This document shows, in pieces, positions 51,432-64,000 of a DNA stretch of 64,000 bases; position 1 is the stretch's first letter; each line of letters starts with the position of its first letter. The stretch comes from Phoronis australis (taxonomy: Eukaryota; Animalia; Phoronida). The translations under genes were made by a program, and so were the position numbers. The notes under the pieces were generated by a model. It worked only from the letters and a program-made list of their open reading frames with translations. It was not told where the DNA came from and ran no database searches. The stretch is from assembly GCA_002633005.1 (NCBI GenBank), contig NMRA01000018.1, positions 1,437,531 to 1,501,530 on the forward strand. The letters are read 5' to 3'.

Positions 51432-51921
51432 CCGGGAATTTCCGAAAATATGTCCACCCAAAAGAACGCTCATGACGTATTTTCGGAAAAATTTCCAAAA
51501 CCACGCCCATGGAGTATTTTTCGGTATCTGTTTACTTATAGGTTTTGAAAATCTGATGGATTGTTCTAAAATACGTATGGGATGTGTTTTGATGTAAAAT
51601 TCTGTTTATTTTGACAGGACATTATCAAAATATCTTTTAACCAGACACTGGGTGACTTGGTTGGAAACTAATCGCATTACCACAATGTGAAGGACTGTTT
51701 AAACACACTGTGTTTTTGAATGCGAAATAAGTATGGACGAACAAAATTCTTACTAGTGAGACACAACTGCCGTTACATTACGAAAGGCGAGTTTATTTAG
51801 TTTCCGATAATACGCCCCCTTTCCGAAAAAACGCTCAGGCTTATATTCGGTTTTATTTGACGTTTTTTTAAAGGTCCTTTTCCGAATATCCGCCCATGGG
51901 CCTATTTTCGGAAATTCGAGG
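51432..51921. mobile_element. Tc1/mariner-type MITE (TA-flanked)
   Basis: TA|ccgggaatttccgaaaata ... tattttcggaaattcgagg|TA, with subterminal ttccgaa/cgccc repeats. Confidence 0.7.
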
Positions 51922-51961
51922 TATGAATAGATGTGCGGTTACCAAAACACATCTACAAAAC

Positions 51962-52248
51962 CACAGGCGGATTTAGTGGGGGGGGGNCCCGCCCCTCCCC
52001 CCTTGGCTGCCGTAAGCAAAAATGGAACAGCAACAGCGTGAACCGCGAGGAAATACTGAGTAAGTAACTAGGACTCGGAGGAGGGGGTGCCCCAGATCGC
52101 GGCGTCTCCGTTTTTAGGTTTTCCGAACAGATGGTGCACACACCCGGCTCCCGCAACTTCGGGCCTGAGCTGCACATACAATCGCACTTTGCCCGATTCG
52201 CGATACAACATGTTGGGCCCCCCTTATGGTATCCTAGATCCGCCACTG
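51962..52248. mobile_element. MITE with CAGTGGCGGAT-type termini and 5-bp TSD
   Basis: cacaggcggatttag...ctagatccgccactg flanked by AAAAC; contains the N at 51987. Confidence 0.7.
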
Positions 52249-52453
52249 AAAACGGTGGTCATCTCGAACAAAACCCTGTTAAAGCCTAAGGTAGTGGAAG
52301 CTCTGTACGCACGGGTCCCTTTTTGAGTCCATTCTTTAAATGACCGGGTACGGGTATCCTAATTTTACGGTTGTACCCCCGTCAAAATAAAAACCATTTA
52401 CCCCCCGGGAATGTCGATCACATCTGGCCGCACGATCAAGTTGACCCTGCGTA

Positions 52454-52509
52454 TTCCCAGAATGCATTTGGTGACCTCTGTATTCAAGATGTCGCTCTCA
52501 GAAGAGAAG
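52454..52509 (+). promoter_or_regulatory. Probable promoter and first exon of an unidentified downstream gene
   Basis: ZNF143/Staf-like TTCCCAGAATGCAT (52454-52467); CAAGATGTCG with ATG at 52489 (MSLSEEK) then AAG|GTGTGC donor; CpG-enriched. No downstream coding exon recognised in the window. Confidence 0.45.
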
Positions 52510-54249
52510 GTGTGCTAAAGCGGTGGAACTTTTAACGAACTATCCGGAAACTTCCTAGTGCTACAGAGTCATCTTAAACCACTGATGTCTTGAAAATGCC
52601 AAGGAGAAAGCAGACATTTCCTCAGAAAATGAACTGTAAGTTTTTTAATACCTAGCAACGGTCATCTAGTTCAATGATGAATGGTGAAAATGTCGTCTGC
52701 TTCAGAATTTCATAAATACTTTCCGACTTAGTGGTTGACGGCCAGTCGAAATATATCATGGGAAATATGGACACTGGATTGCGAATTCCGATTTAACACT
52801 CACTTAACGTCTTCTGTCACACACATAGTCTTTGTTTGAGAATGTTGTAACTAGGTTAATTATGTGATATGGGTCTCCGCCTGTTCGTCGCATCAATCAA
52901 AAAATCCCATTTCACAATGTCAATCAAGTGCCACGCGCTCTTTGTAAATGCTTGACAATCAATCTCCCATTGTAATTTGGCTTTCATGCTCTTCTGTCCT
53001 AAGCCTGTTTGCACTTGAAGGCAAACAAAAGTGTCTGGCGCCTTGGTCATCAATGTGAAATTACTCTGGAACTTAAAATTCCTCAGGAATACCTAGACTG
53101 AATTAGCAATTCATTAATTGCATTTAAAACTTATCAGTTTCACCTGCTTTTTTACAGATTGAATTTTTTATGTGTTTCTTTATCAAAGTGTTGTTATTAA
53201 TTATTTTAATTAGCTATAATCAGTGTGAAGTCTGCTTCGACTGACATTTTAGTTGTCCCTGCCAGTATTAATATATTTCCAGGATGATTTTAATGAGGAA
53301 AGTTCATGTGTGTAGATTGTATTTGATTGATTGCCTGTTGTATCAGTCACTTGGCACAGCAATCATAGCCACTCCACTGGTTGCTGTGTCAGACTCGGCT
53401 CACATAAATTACAATTAACGAGCTCTGTTGTGTACCTTTATAATTTTCATCCCATTGGCTTGATAGCTGACATTCTGTAAAACGAACTTCAAAGCCACAT
53501 ACATGTCAAATTCTAATGATTCATGACTTTAATGGAACCTAGCAGGTGTCTTCCCATGTCAATCTCAACTACAATAAGTGATGAAAAAATGGCTCTCAAT
53601 TTATTTGAAGTGAGTGCTAGTCAATAGGAAAGTCCACTTTTCTTTTGCCCTGTCAACATGCATCAGTGTTGCTCATGGCCAAGTGGAGTTAGCCAATTTA
53701 GAGGAAGCATGTGTCATTGTTATTAATGTAAGATTACTAAGCACTATAGGCAGCGATTAAAGTAATGAACCTCAATGCATGGACTTTGCTACAAGTTCAA
53801 GTCTGTGAGAGCTGTCTTAACTATATCTGGCAATAAAACTGATGCCTGTCAGATTTGATAGCATATATACACAAGATTTATAGCCCACCATAGATGCATG
53901 GATAATAAGCATGGTGGAGTGGGTAATTGACCCTATTGTCAACCTTGTTCATTTGGGGGGCATTGATAAATTTGGCAATATGTCTTGTTGCTGGAACCAC
54001 ATGTCAAAAGCTAATTCAAGGAAAATGTGATCATTTACTATTGCAATGTTTGCCAAGTTGTTCTCTTTGAGTTGATGGTATCTCATTGAAAATGATGTAG
54101 ATCTAAAACCCTGTCTCCCTGTCAACTACACAAATTTACAGAAAAGTTTTGATATCATGTATATTTTTAAATAAATGAGACTCATTTGACAACGTGACAC
54201 TCTTCTTCTTGTATTTGAATTATTTCAACCTAAATCCTTCCTTGATATT

Positions 54250-54558
54250 GAGGGCCCTCTTTCATCCAAGGGAAAGGTGCCTGTGCCTTCGGAGAGGGAA
54301 ATATTTTGGGTGAGGGGAAAATTGTACTTCTCGATCACCATCAATGGTACCCCAACCCTGTTGCAAGGCCTCATAGGCTCTGCCCCTACTAGTCAATAAA
54401 TTGTCGCCTGTCTGAATTACAAACGATTCAAACCTCAAGGGGAATCACGTGAGGGGAATTTTTGGACATCATGAGGGAATTTCGCGTGATTTGTCAGTAT
54501 TTTTCAGAGGGGAATGGAGCCGATATTCGGTCCCAAAATCAAGAGATTGAGGGCCCTC
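54250..54558. mobile_element. MITE with GAGGGCCCTC termini and 5-bp TSD
   Basis: ATATT|gagggccctc ... gagggccctc|ATATT; internal gaggggaa repeats. Confidence 0.75.
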
Positions 54559-56606
54559 ATATTGTGTATCCACCTTCCCGTAACTCTGGAGTAAAAATCG
54601 TTAAATTTTGTTAATACTGTTGACCTGAGTATTGCATAAATGTTTCAATTACCAATGACATTAGTGTGAATTGTTACTGTTCTTTGCCATGGCTGAATGA
54701 CATGAAACACCCACAACTGGACAACCACTAATTTACATATTACCAGAATGATAATGGACACCTGAATTAAATAACCAATCACAGTTTCATTTGGATAACA
54801 GAACGGTGTTTTCTAGCACTATGATGTTTTTGTTTGTCATGTCATCTGATGTCATTAGCCGAAGACAATCTTGAATCGTTTTACGCGAATTTCAACATTT
54901 GAAATGGTGTTGGTCTCAGTGGGTGACTGTTTCTTATTGCAAAGGTATTCTTCATGGGTGTAAGGACAGTAATTAGAAAAGGTAATATTTGAGTTAAAGG
55001 GCTTATCTCAGTTTGTAAGGCATGTTGCTGTTTTTTGCCAAAGGCAGCATCTAGAGAAAATATATTTTCCCTTTGCATTAATTGACTTTTTATTCTAAAC
55101 TCAATCAATCTTAAACGGTTTATCCAATAAATGTTTTGTATTAAAGTTATAGTGTCAATGAAAAGTGTTGTGCGCTATGTAGTTCCTTTTTGATTCTGCA
55201 AAGCTACTTCTTATAGATTATATAATTGTTTTACTATCAATATTACTTTAATTATAAATGTCTGAAATTTTGTGGATATTAGAATTACTGAGAGGATGAA
55301 AAGTAACATTACATTCAAACTTGCTTGTATTTTTATTATCACTGAAGGCATGACAAATACAGTTTTAAAAAAACAAGAGTAATGAGGATTTCTTATTTTG
55401 CAGATAATGGTATTCAAGGTATTATGGTGACATTTTCAAGTTGTTCCATCACTTGTATGTTCAAGAGTATGGTAATGGTATTGATGGTTTTATGGTAACA
55501 TTTTGAAGATGGGTAAATGTTCAGTCACGAGCACAGTTTCCATTGTTCAGGTGCAGAGATGTTGGTGAAGATGTAAAGACGGATTGCAAGACTACAGCAC
55601 AAAAGTGGAGACAATAAGAAGTTGTCATGCAAAGCTGGTAACCACAGGAATGACTCAAGTTACCTGCCATCTTGAAAATATTACCTGATCCACAAGTACC
55701 ATACCATTACCATAATCTACCAAAAACGAAATACCCTTAGTCAGTGTTGTCTGTTTCAAAACTATTTCTGTCATGATTTCAGTGACAATAAAAATACTAT
55801 TAACTAGTTACTTACCACCCACCCTGTAGATAGTTTTTGAAGTCATTATGGGGACAATAATATGGACAACCTTGTTTTATGATGTCTAATTCCACAACCT
55901 TTAGAGCTTTTGCATGTTGTTGTGATCATCAGACTGTTGACAGATTTAGTGTGTCTGACTGTGTTAGCCACCCATAATTTGTGTATTGTAATCCAGCTGT
56001 GTTTGTTTCATTGCAAGAACACCTGGTTGTGACAAGTCATCCTTTTACATTGCCAATCAGTGGTGGACTATGTTCCATAGAGTCGAGAGCCTTGCGAAAA
56101 CGCAAGATCACACAAGGCATTGCAAGATGTTGCCATGCATTGCAGGCATGTGAACACACTACCTTTACTTGTGAAATTCTTGCATATATGAAATGAAATT
56201 TAAGATTTGTCTCATTAGCTAAGTCAGTTTTCTTGGAATGGGCCCCTGCACTGGCTTATTCAGGGGGGTACTGCAATATTTAATTCAAGTAAATAATTTT
56301 CTGTATGGACTAGTATGTACTGTATTAGACTAGTGACGGCTGTGGGATAAGGGTGCCATTGGACTTGAAAATGTTTCTACAGGTAAGGTCATTGTTTCAC
56401 TAGCTCAGCTTGTGAATTTTTGACTCGTGTTAGTTGCATTAATAACTGATCCATTATAACAAGCTGTAAAGAAATATCATTACCTGGGTGTTTCTTCAAA
56501 CCTGCAATGTCAAGACTATGCATTCTTATTATTAAAGTATCTCATTGTGAATGTCTTTGTGATAAGTGATAAATGAATGTCGACAGAACAAAACTGAAAT
56601 CTCTCA

Positions 56607-57113
56607 AGGGCCTGTCGTACTAACGTTGACGCTTCGATGTTTTGGAGAGTTGTGGTCAGTATGAACTGTTAACTTTGGCACTGGATCGAAGTTAACAGCG
56701 CCAGTTAACTTCGCAGTAAACAGGTGGATTTAATAGCGGAGTGTCAATGCTGCGGTGCAGTATGAACGGTCAACTTCGGTCCCATCAAAGTTATCGCCAG
56801 GTGCCACTGTTGTCGTCAACAATTAAAGGGTAGTGTAGTTGCTAATACTTATTATAGTTTGCTCGAATTATTGCCAATGGAATTAAAAATAAGTTTTATG
56901 TCAATTAGTACATGTAAATCTTCCCAAATTGTCACATTTAAAGAAACCTTAGCGTGCAGCACCACCTTGTGATTACTTCGATGGCAACAGCATCACCTAC
57001 CATTTACTTCGATGTCCGTTAACTACTGAAGCCAGTATGAACGGCTTAAGTTAACTTCGCAGTTTACGTCGATGCTCCTCTCAAACCGAAGTTAAGTCAG
57101 TATGACAAGGCCT
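56607..57113. mobile_element. MITE with imperfect long TIRs (PIF/Harbinger-like ends)
   Basis: ggcctgtcgtactaac...cttcga..tttggagag versus ctctcaaaccgaagttaagtcagtatgacaaggcc; internal cagtatgaac/gttaacttcg repeats. Confidence 0.6.
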
Positions 57114-58443
57114 TCAGTGTAAGTCGTGTCAGCAGCACATTTGATTTGTGAATATTTAATAATATAACTCAAGTGTTACGGTGGTTACTCAATTGAGTGT
57201 ACAGGTACATTTATAGAAAGTGAATAGATTGAGAAAATCTAAAATGTACTTGGTATTGAGGAATAGGACGCATTTGACATACAACTCTTTAGTGTTGTAA
57301 GAACACAAAAGCCACTCAAAGTCTGGTATTCTCGACCTGCAGAGTTAACAAAGGTGAAAGGCAATTTCTTTAATTCACGGACATCTTTAATTCACGGACA
57401 TTTAGCAAAGTTGGACTTTTCTGTGCTTTATTTGAACATAGGACTATACAACAATCGTGATTTACCGGCATGGCATTTGTAGAGAATTAAGAATGCTGCA
57501 GAATTTTGCTGATTAAAGAAGGTCAAGTTAGATGCAAGCTGTAAGTGCCATTGCACATTGGAACACAAAATACCCTATCACTGTCTAGGGACACAGCAAA
57601 TGTCAACATGTCACTATTGGTATCCCAACACTTATGCCTCATGTATTGTTGTGTGCATTGTGACTGAACGGATTTTGACCTCAGTCAACAATGATGTAGT
57701 TATTAGTTTGTCAAGCTGGAACAGCTTTTCCAAAAATTTTAAAAATTACATACTTTTTAATTTGACTCGATGCTTGACTGGGCTGCGTGTCGGTAACTTG
57801 TGTCGGTAACTTGTGTTTGCTTCGTTATAATAAAAGCTATTTTATGATAAAATAGACATGCGCATAGTATGAACCTTTTGAAGTTGGTAGAGACTTGTCA
57901 AGTTTTGTCTTGTTTATAATTAACATTAACATAATTCCATCTTTATGCAGGTTGTTTGTTAATACATCTAAGTTTTCCATCTTTGAATGCTGTGTGGTTA
58001 ACCTTTGTTCTTTCAGCTTTCTCTCAAGCTATTTCCGTCTTAATCCTGCCAGCTACATGCAATGTTTCTAAATCTGATCCTTGCCAAGTATGAAAGTTTA
58101 CCGGTTGACAATGCCGAGTGACTGCAAGAAATATTTCATTCAGATAGGGAGACCAGCAAAATTCACCTTTTCACTTTAAAGCTGATGAGAATGGCAAATA
58201 TTTGAATTGTTGATGAGAAGTGACGTTTTGAGGAATAATCTGTTATTGGATTTGATAAGAGCTTTACATTAATTCAAGCAGAATGATGGATTGTGACAGG
58301 TTGTTTTGTAAGTAATGCCTTGGAGAAGATGTGTCATTGCCCGTGCTATGGTATACTTGTCACACAGGGTGTGTGGAGAGGGGGTGTTTCAAGGCAGGGG
58401 CTTGGTGCATTAAATGCTGTGACTTGGATCCCTTGCTGGACCT

Positions 58444-58922
58444 GGGGCCCATTTCATGAAAACTCTAAAGACTAAAATTTGGTCTTGCACTCCCACTTCA
58501 AAGTTGCTGAAATCTGGTTTACCCAAGTAATTGCATGAGCATCATAGTCAAGAAATGATGCAGTATAGAGATTATCTCAGTCACTAGCAGTTATGTTTCT
58601 GCTCTCAGAGACTTTGCAGTTTTGCTCAAATGAGATTTAAATATTATTCACAAATAGTTTTGATTAATAGTCAGAGATTATCTCAGTTACTAGCAGTTAT
58701 GTTTCTGCTCTCAGAGACTTTGCAGTTTTGCTCAAATGAGATTTAAATATTATTCACAAATAGTTTTGATTAATAGAGATTATCTCAGTTACTAGCAGTT
58801 GTCGTATTAATGTTCTTAAAGAGCCTGCTCAAGTGAGATTTAATTATTAGTCAAACATAGTTTTGTAGAGCATTAAACTAGCTCTAACTTACCGTAAGGC
58901 CACTTTTCATGAAACAGGCACC
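58444..58922. mobile_element. MITE (ggggcccatttcatgaaa termini) with internal ~106-bp tandem duplication
   Basis: Termini ggggccccatttcatgaaa / tttcatgaaacaggcaccc; agagattatctcagt.actagcagtt at 58567, 58673 and 58775. Confidence 0.6.
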
Positions 58923-59464
58923 CGACTTCATTAATAGACCCTCGATTTGTGTGATCTTCAAGTTCTCAAAGTTCAATTTTAAATTGAGCAAATGGGGAAT
59001 GAGCGAGTTATAGGAATGCTTCGTGCACTCGTTTGAATAAAATTGCTGAGCTTCTAAAGTTTTGTAAACAACTTATTATTGAGAATGAAATGTATTGTCT
59101 CATTTGATTATCATGATTTTTAAATTGATGAAATTTCTTCAAAGAAGTGGAAATGTCATTTTTACCATAAATTACATGACTACTTTCATGTATGGGTGAC
59201 ACCTGGTGGTAGCGTACATATGTAGTTAAAACAATGATCTACTCTCTTGCATAGCACGCATGAGATGCTCTCCCCATTCAAATTTCACTGCATTTTTGGG
59301 GTTATTAAGATCACTCTGACAAGCTGTGGTGTATACCAGTCAAGTTCAATTACTGTGTTGCTCATGGAAGTCAAGCAACAAGGAAAGAGCTGTTTTAGTT
59401 TACTGATCTTTGTCATTCAGACAATGAAAATGTTCGGTTTTCAATGAAGGATTTAGTGTTTATG

Positions 59465-60300
59465 TTCTCACATATATGAGTGCATATTGCCATCATCAGT
59501 CTAGGTATCCCGGCATCTGGTGTTGCTGTATCTCCTAAAGCTCTCACAGGATCCTATTTTGGCAGATATCAATGAAGGTGGCGGTACGAGTTTCGAACCT
59601 ATTTGACTGTTGTTGTGCCCGTATTTGCAATTTTAGTTTTTATGTCTGAAATTTTGCTAGTGTTTTTACCTATTATAAGTGTGACGACGGCTGCCCACGA
59701 CTTCTGGATGGCTGTGAGTATTGTTATGCTCCCTTGTGGCAATTTTAGGTCTACATTTGCTTTCATCTATTTATTCATGAAGAGTTCCTCGTTTTTCACG
59801 AAATTTGGCAAATGGGTTTTTGTTCAGGAAACAAAGATGCCTTTCCATATATCTGCAGATTTGACACATTCTGTGCCACCTGGTGACCAATCCGTTTTTT
59901 GGTTTCTAATTCAGTATGTGCTAAACTGTTCAAGAGGCCTTGTGAAAGTTGACAGATGTGTTCCTACTCACAAGAGCACAACTGACATGGATTTTCAGAT
60001 GGGTACAGCTGGTGCCCTTAAGTATCATTTTTGCATCTGTGGCTGTGTCTCCTAAACCCCTAACAAGATCTTTTGGAAATTTGGCAAGTGTCATTCCTCT
60101 TAACTTGACAACAGATTAAGACCTCCAACTTGGTGCCTCCTAAGTAGCAATTTGTTCTTTCATGTTTGACTCTGTCTCTTTGGAGTAATCCTTCGTGAAA
60201 TTTGGCAAATGATTTTCCTTAGGGAGACGATGACACCTCATTTTTTTGTAGGTTAATGTACCTATTCTGTGCCATCTATTGGACATTTTTATGATGCCAA
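59465..60300 (-). repeat. Inverted copy of the repeat family at 2960-4610
   Basis: aaatttggcaa cores at ~59801, 60077 and 60198; end ccggcatctg / gcatattgccatcatc. Confidence 0.55.
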
Positions 60301-63300
60301 CAAACACCCTTAAAAGCATAATATTGGCGGTACTGTCATGGGCACATTGCAGTGGTTCTCATTGCTTTTATTATAGTCCATAGTGCCTAAAATGGGCTCA
60401 AAAGAATGTTTGTCAGAAACAGGCAGCGACGAGTGCACTTCTCTGTTCCCAATCCTTAAAGAAAAGAAGCCCGTCTTAAAAATTCTGGCGTTGTGACTTA
60501 TTGTAATCCTAACTGGTAAGCAGCCTATGTAGTTGCTGGTTTGGCAATGCAAGATAGCCTAACGAGTTCACCTGGTTGGGTATTTTACCTCGTCGTGGTA
60601 AAATCTCAAGTTTAGATAAAAATAGTTATCAAAAATTGCATTTTTCTTTTCAAGACTTCTAGCATTATGAATGCTCACAGCCTTTCAAAATATTGTCTCT
60701 TCGTAGCTGTATGGTGCACACCTCGAATGTGGACAGGCATTAACTGTAGTGTTATGTATCTTTCGTGGATAGAATGAGAAATTAATTTCAGTTGTCTACC
60801 ATATAATTTTGTGTCCTAAATTGATGAGATTTTAGTGCTGATGCCGTGCTCCGACGGGGTACACTGAGTCTTGGTGTCTACTTGGGTATTATCAATTGAT
60901 AATGTGTTGCAACTATGGAACTTTTTATAGTCTGATGTTGCAAGGGATTGGGTTGGTCGGGAATACTGACGAGATCAAAATTCAAGGCCCACTCTGGTAA
61001 CCTGCATTAAGATGCACAGTTTTGGAAGTTGTCAGAGACACCTTTGGTGTTAAAGTCATGCCCTTTGCCAAAATCTTTTTATACGTGATTTTGATATAAA
61101 GCAGGCAATGCATATAAAGAAATTCTTATTAGATTTAGTCGCGTTCCTGTTGAGTGATACCATGGAATATAATTTTGAATGAATACTCCATTTGGTTAAA
61201 ACCACAAGAGAGAGACTGGACTGTTGAGACATGTTAAGGGGATTGTGTGACTGTGTTGGCTGGCAGCTGAAGCAATATATAAGAGACAGGTGTCACTCAG
61301 GTTAATGACAGAATGACAGACCTCTACTGCAGCTAAATCCAGTCTTGAGGCTAAGTTTGACAATAATCATTCAGTGATTGTCTGCCCTTTAAGCTCTTTA
61401 ATAACAAGCCAATGAAGTAAGCTGGTCAAATTTCATATTGAGAAGAGTACACATGACATGTTTTTCTTGTAGCTGTAATCATCACATATGTATTTTCAGT
61501 TGTTTCTGTTGTCAACTCTATAAGCCCCAAAAAGCATATTTGGTTCTGTAACTCTGACTCATTTTGAGACCTGCAGTCGCTGAGAAAAAAAACCTGTCTA
61601 CGTCACTTTCAGCCTCTGAGCTATTTGAATTTTCAACCCTAGAACATGTTGCATGAAAGATCTCAAGGTTTTGCGAAAGTGACCAGTGACAAAAATCAAG
61701 TATCGCGGAAGGTTGTTTTAATGTTTGCTTTGGTTCTTTCTGTCAAAATGTCACTAAGAAGGGTTTTTGAGTTGAGGATTTAGTGTAACACTGATATTTC
61801 TGTTGTATTTTCGCAAACTTGCCTAATTTTCAACGTCACACTTCAGCATAGTGTATAATGCTGCATCGGTGTGATTTTTTGTGTAAAATTTGACCTTGAG
61901 AACTGCATGAAAATGAATGATATTTGAAAATATCTCATAATGGGCGACCCACAAACAAGGAAGTCAGAAGTACTATTTACGTGGATGCTCAACCACAAAA
62001 AAGAGGTCGTGACATTTTTATTGATTTTGGGTTTCATTTTCACATGAACTAGGGCATTGATTAGATAATAACGACTTCAATTCAATAGAAATATACCCGT
62101 CTTTGTTAGAAAGTGTCATTTTACTGAAACTTGTCAAATGTAAGGAAATGTATATGAATTCATTACAATAAACATGTCACCATTGAAAACCAGTCACATC
62201 ATTTTTGTCTAATTTTTATTGTATTTCTTTTGGTAAAGTTGTCCTATCTTAACCTTTCACAAAGAACTCAATTTCAGAAGTAAAGCAGTTCAAAAATCAC
62301 CATATTTAGTCCGTCTTTTGTTGCAGTGATTATTTGATCTTGTGTTTTATTGTTGTGTAGTCATTGCTAAAGGGGCAATTGGTCTGCTACACACAAAAGA
62401 AACAACCTCACATTTTCCAACCAGGTACTGTGAAAACTTCCTAGGGGTTGGGATAACAATAGCCAATTACCACAGCACCTGAACTTTTTTATGACTGGTT
62501 TCTTTTGTTTGGGAATTAGGGAACAAATGGGTGTCAGTGATAACGACTGCTTCTTGATAACTTTCTCCAATGTTGACTTATGGGAAATGAGTTGTAGCAC
62601 CTCATGAAAGGTTTCTTTTTACAACTACAGTGGGTGCTCAATATTCTCTTTCAAAAGTTCTGTTGCAGAGGATGTCCTTATAATTTTGACAATCTGGCAG
62701 GTCTTATTGTGGTATTTCAGAGTTTAATGGGGTTAGGTCTATGGAATCCGTGCAAAAGATTGGTGTTTCTACGAAAACTCCTCAAAAGATTAAATTTTTC
62801 ATATCTCTAAAAATGGGTCCTTTTTGAGTCCACTCTCTAAATGAGTGGGTATACTGATTTTTTTACCTACCCCCACATCAGAAATCTAGTCGAGTGTCTG
62901 ACTCCCGGATGTGGAAAAAAAAACTAAATTGATCCTGTGATGAACATCTGGTTAGCAAGGCTAGGTTTGATTATAGTGTGTCAATGTTGTTACCCTTTTC
63001 TTTGTGTACTCTCATGAAGTAATTTTCAACATCTGCCCATGTAATTACAGAATGCATGAATATATTTGTATCTTTTCTACATTTCATAAATGATGTAAAC
63101 CTTCAATACTTTTTCCTCCGAAAATTGTCTTCACAATCCTTAAGAAACATGATCACAATCAGTAGCATTATGAGGATTTGAATGTGTGTAACCATGACTA
63201 CGTTGCAGGGGTCTATATTAAACTGATGCTTACACTCTGCTTGTACTTCACCTTCCTTGACTGTTCCACTCCCACATGATATAAATGTGACAGAGTCTCA

Positions 63301-64000
63301 AGTAAACAAGTTAGTCAGCTTGCCTTTGTGATTTATGATGAACATGTTATTTGATAGATATTAAACAAAAGCAAACATCCAGCTTGGCAGATTAATGACT
63401 AGATAATAACCAGCCCCAGGGTTCACTACATTTGCCTGTTGCCAGACATATTGAAGTTTGGAATAAATCCTTTCTACCTATATGTGAATTATCGTTTTAT
63501 TATCCTGATTAAGGGTTTTGATATGGGCATGGCTTCTGGTATATATGATTAAATGACTCAGTGTTTAGGATTGTCATTGATTGATTGTTGAACTCCCGTA
63601 GACAATTCCAACTGCGTTATTAATGGTTTTTTTTTCTGCAAATCAAGCAATCTATTAACTGTAGTGACGGCCAATGGCAATTTTTTGTACATTTATTCAA
63701 GCAAATCTGTTCACCTGGCCTCAAGACCTTTCATGGACTGGTGTGATGAAGTAATACAGGCAAATAATAATGAAGATGTATTGTGTGGTGAATTAATTCA
63801 CATACAGTGTGAGTGGTACAAATACAAACCTTATGGAACAGTCTGTGGTTATTTTCGATTTGCCTTGGTTGAGGCCAAACTCACCATTATTTAAAGCATA
63901 CTGGCTGAAAATAGTTGAAAATAAGATTTATTAAACAAATATTTACATCTGACAGTAAACATTTGTCTATCCTGTTATATTTCTGCTTTGTTATAGTTGA

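Noticed and set aside
59603-60055. 150-aa hydrophobic ORF
   Set aside because: Lies inside the degenerate repeat family; TTG start; no domain recognised.

Overview
AT-rich, intron-containing animal DNA, most likely from a heterozygous invertebrate assembly (three isolated N joins at 38035, 45998 and 51987). Exons were rebuilt by hand with phase-consistent splice sites. Five protein-coding genes: (1) an intronless PPR-type ORF resembling only the C-terminal part of LRPPRC (641-1771, -); (2) a PIMREG/FAM64A-like gene (7546-9251, -); (3) MED31 (9542-12627, +), head-to-head with gene 2; (4) an 8-coding-exon, 362-aa proline-rich gene with a PRR11-like C-terminus and a NEMP1-like N-terminal helix (16716-23352, -); (5) RNF10 (25179-45502, +), head-to-head with gene 4, with a GC-AG first intron and stacked uORFs. 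RNF10 exons 12-15 and the last exon each appear twice across an N, probably as two haplotypes. One copy carries a 5'-truncated non-LTR retrotransposon with a 12-bp TSD that the other lacks. A probable first exon of an unidentified gene starts near 52489. The rest is intron or intergenic DNA with MITEs, tRNA-derived SINEs and tandem repeats. Family assignments rest on recalled human sequences, not on database searches.
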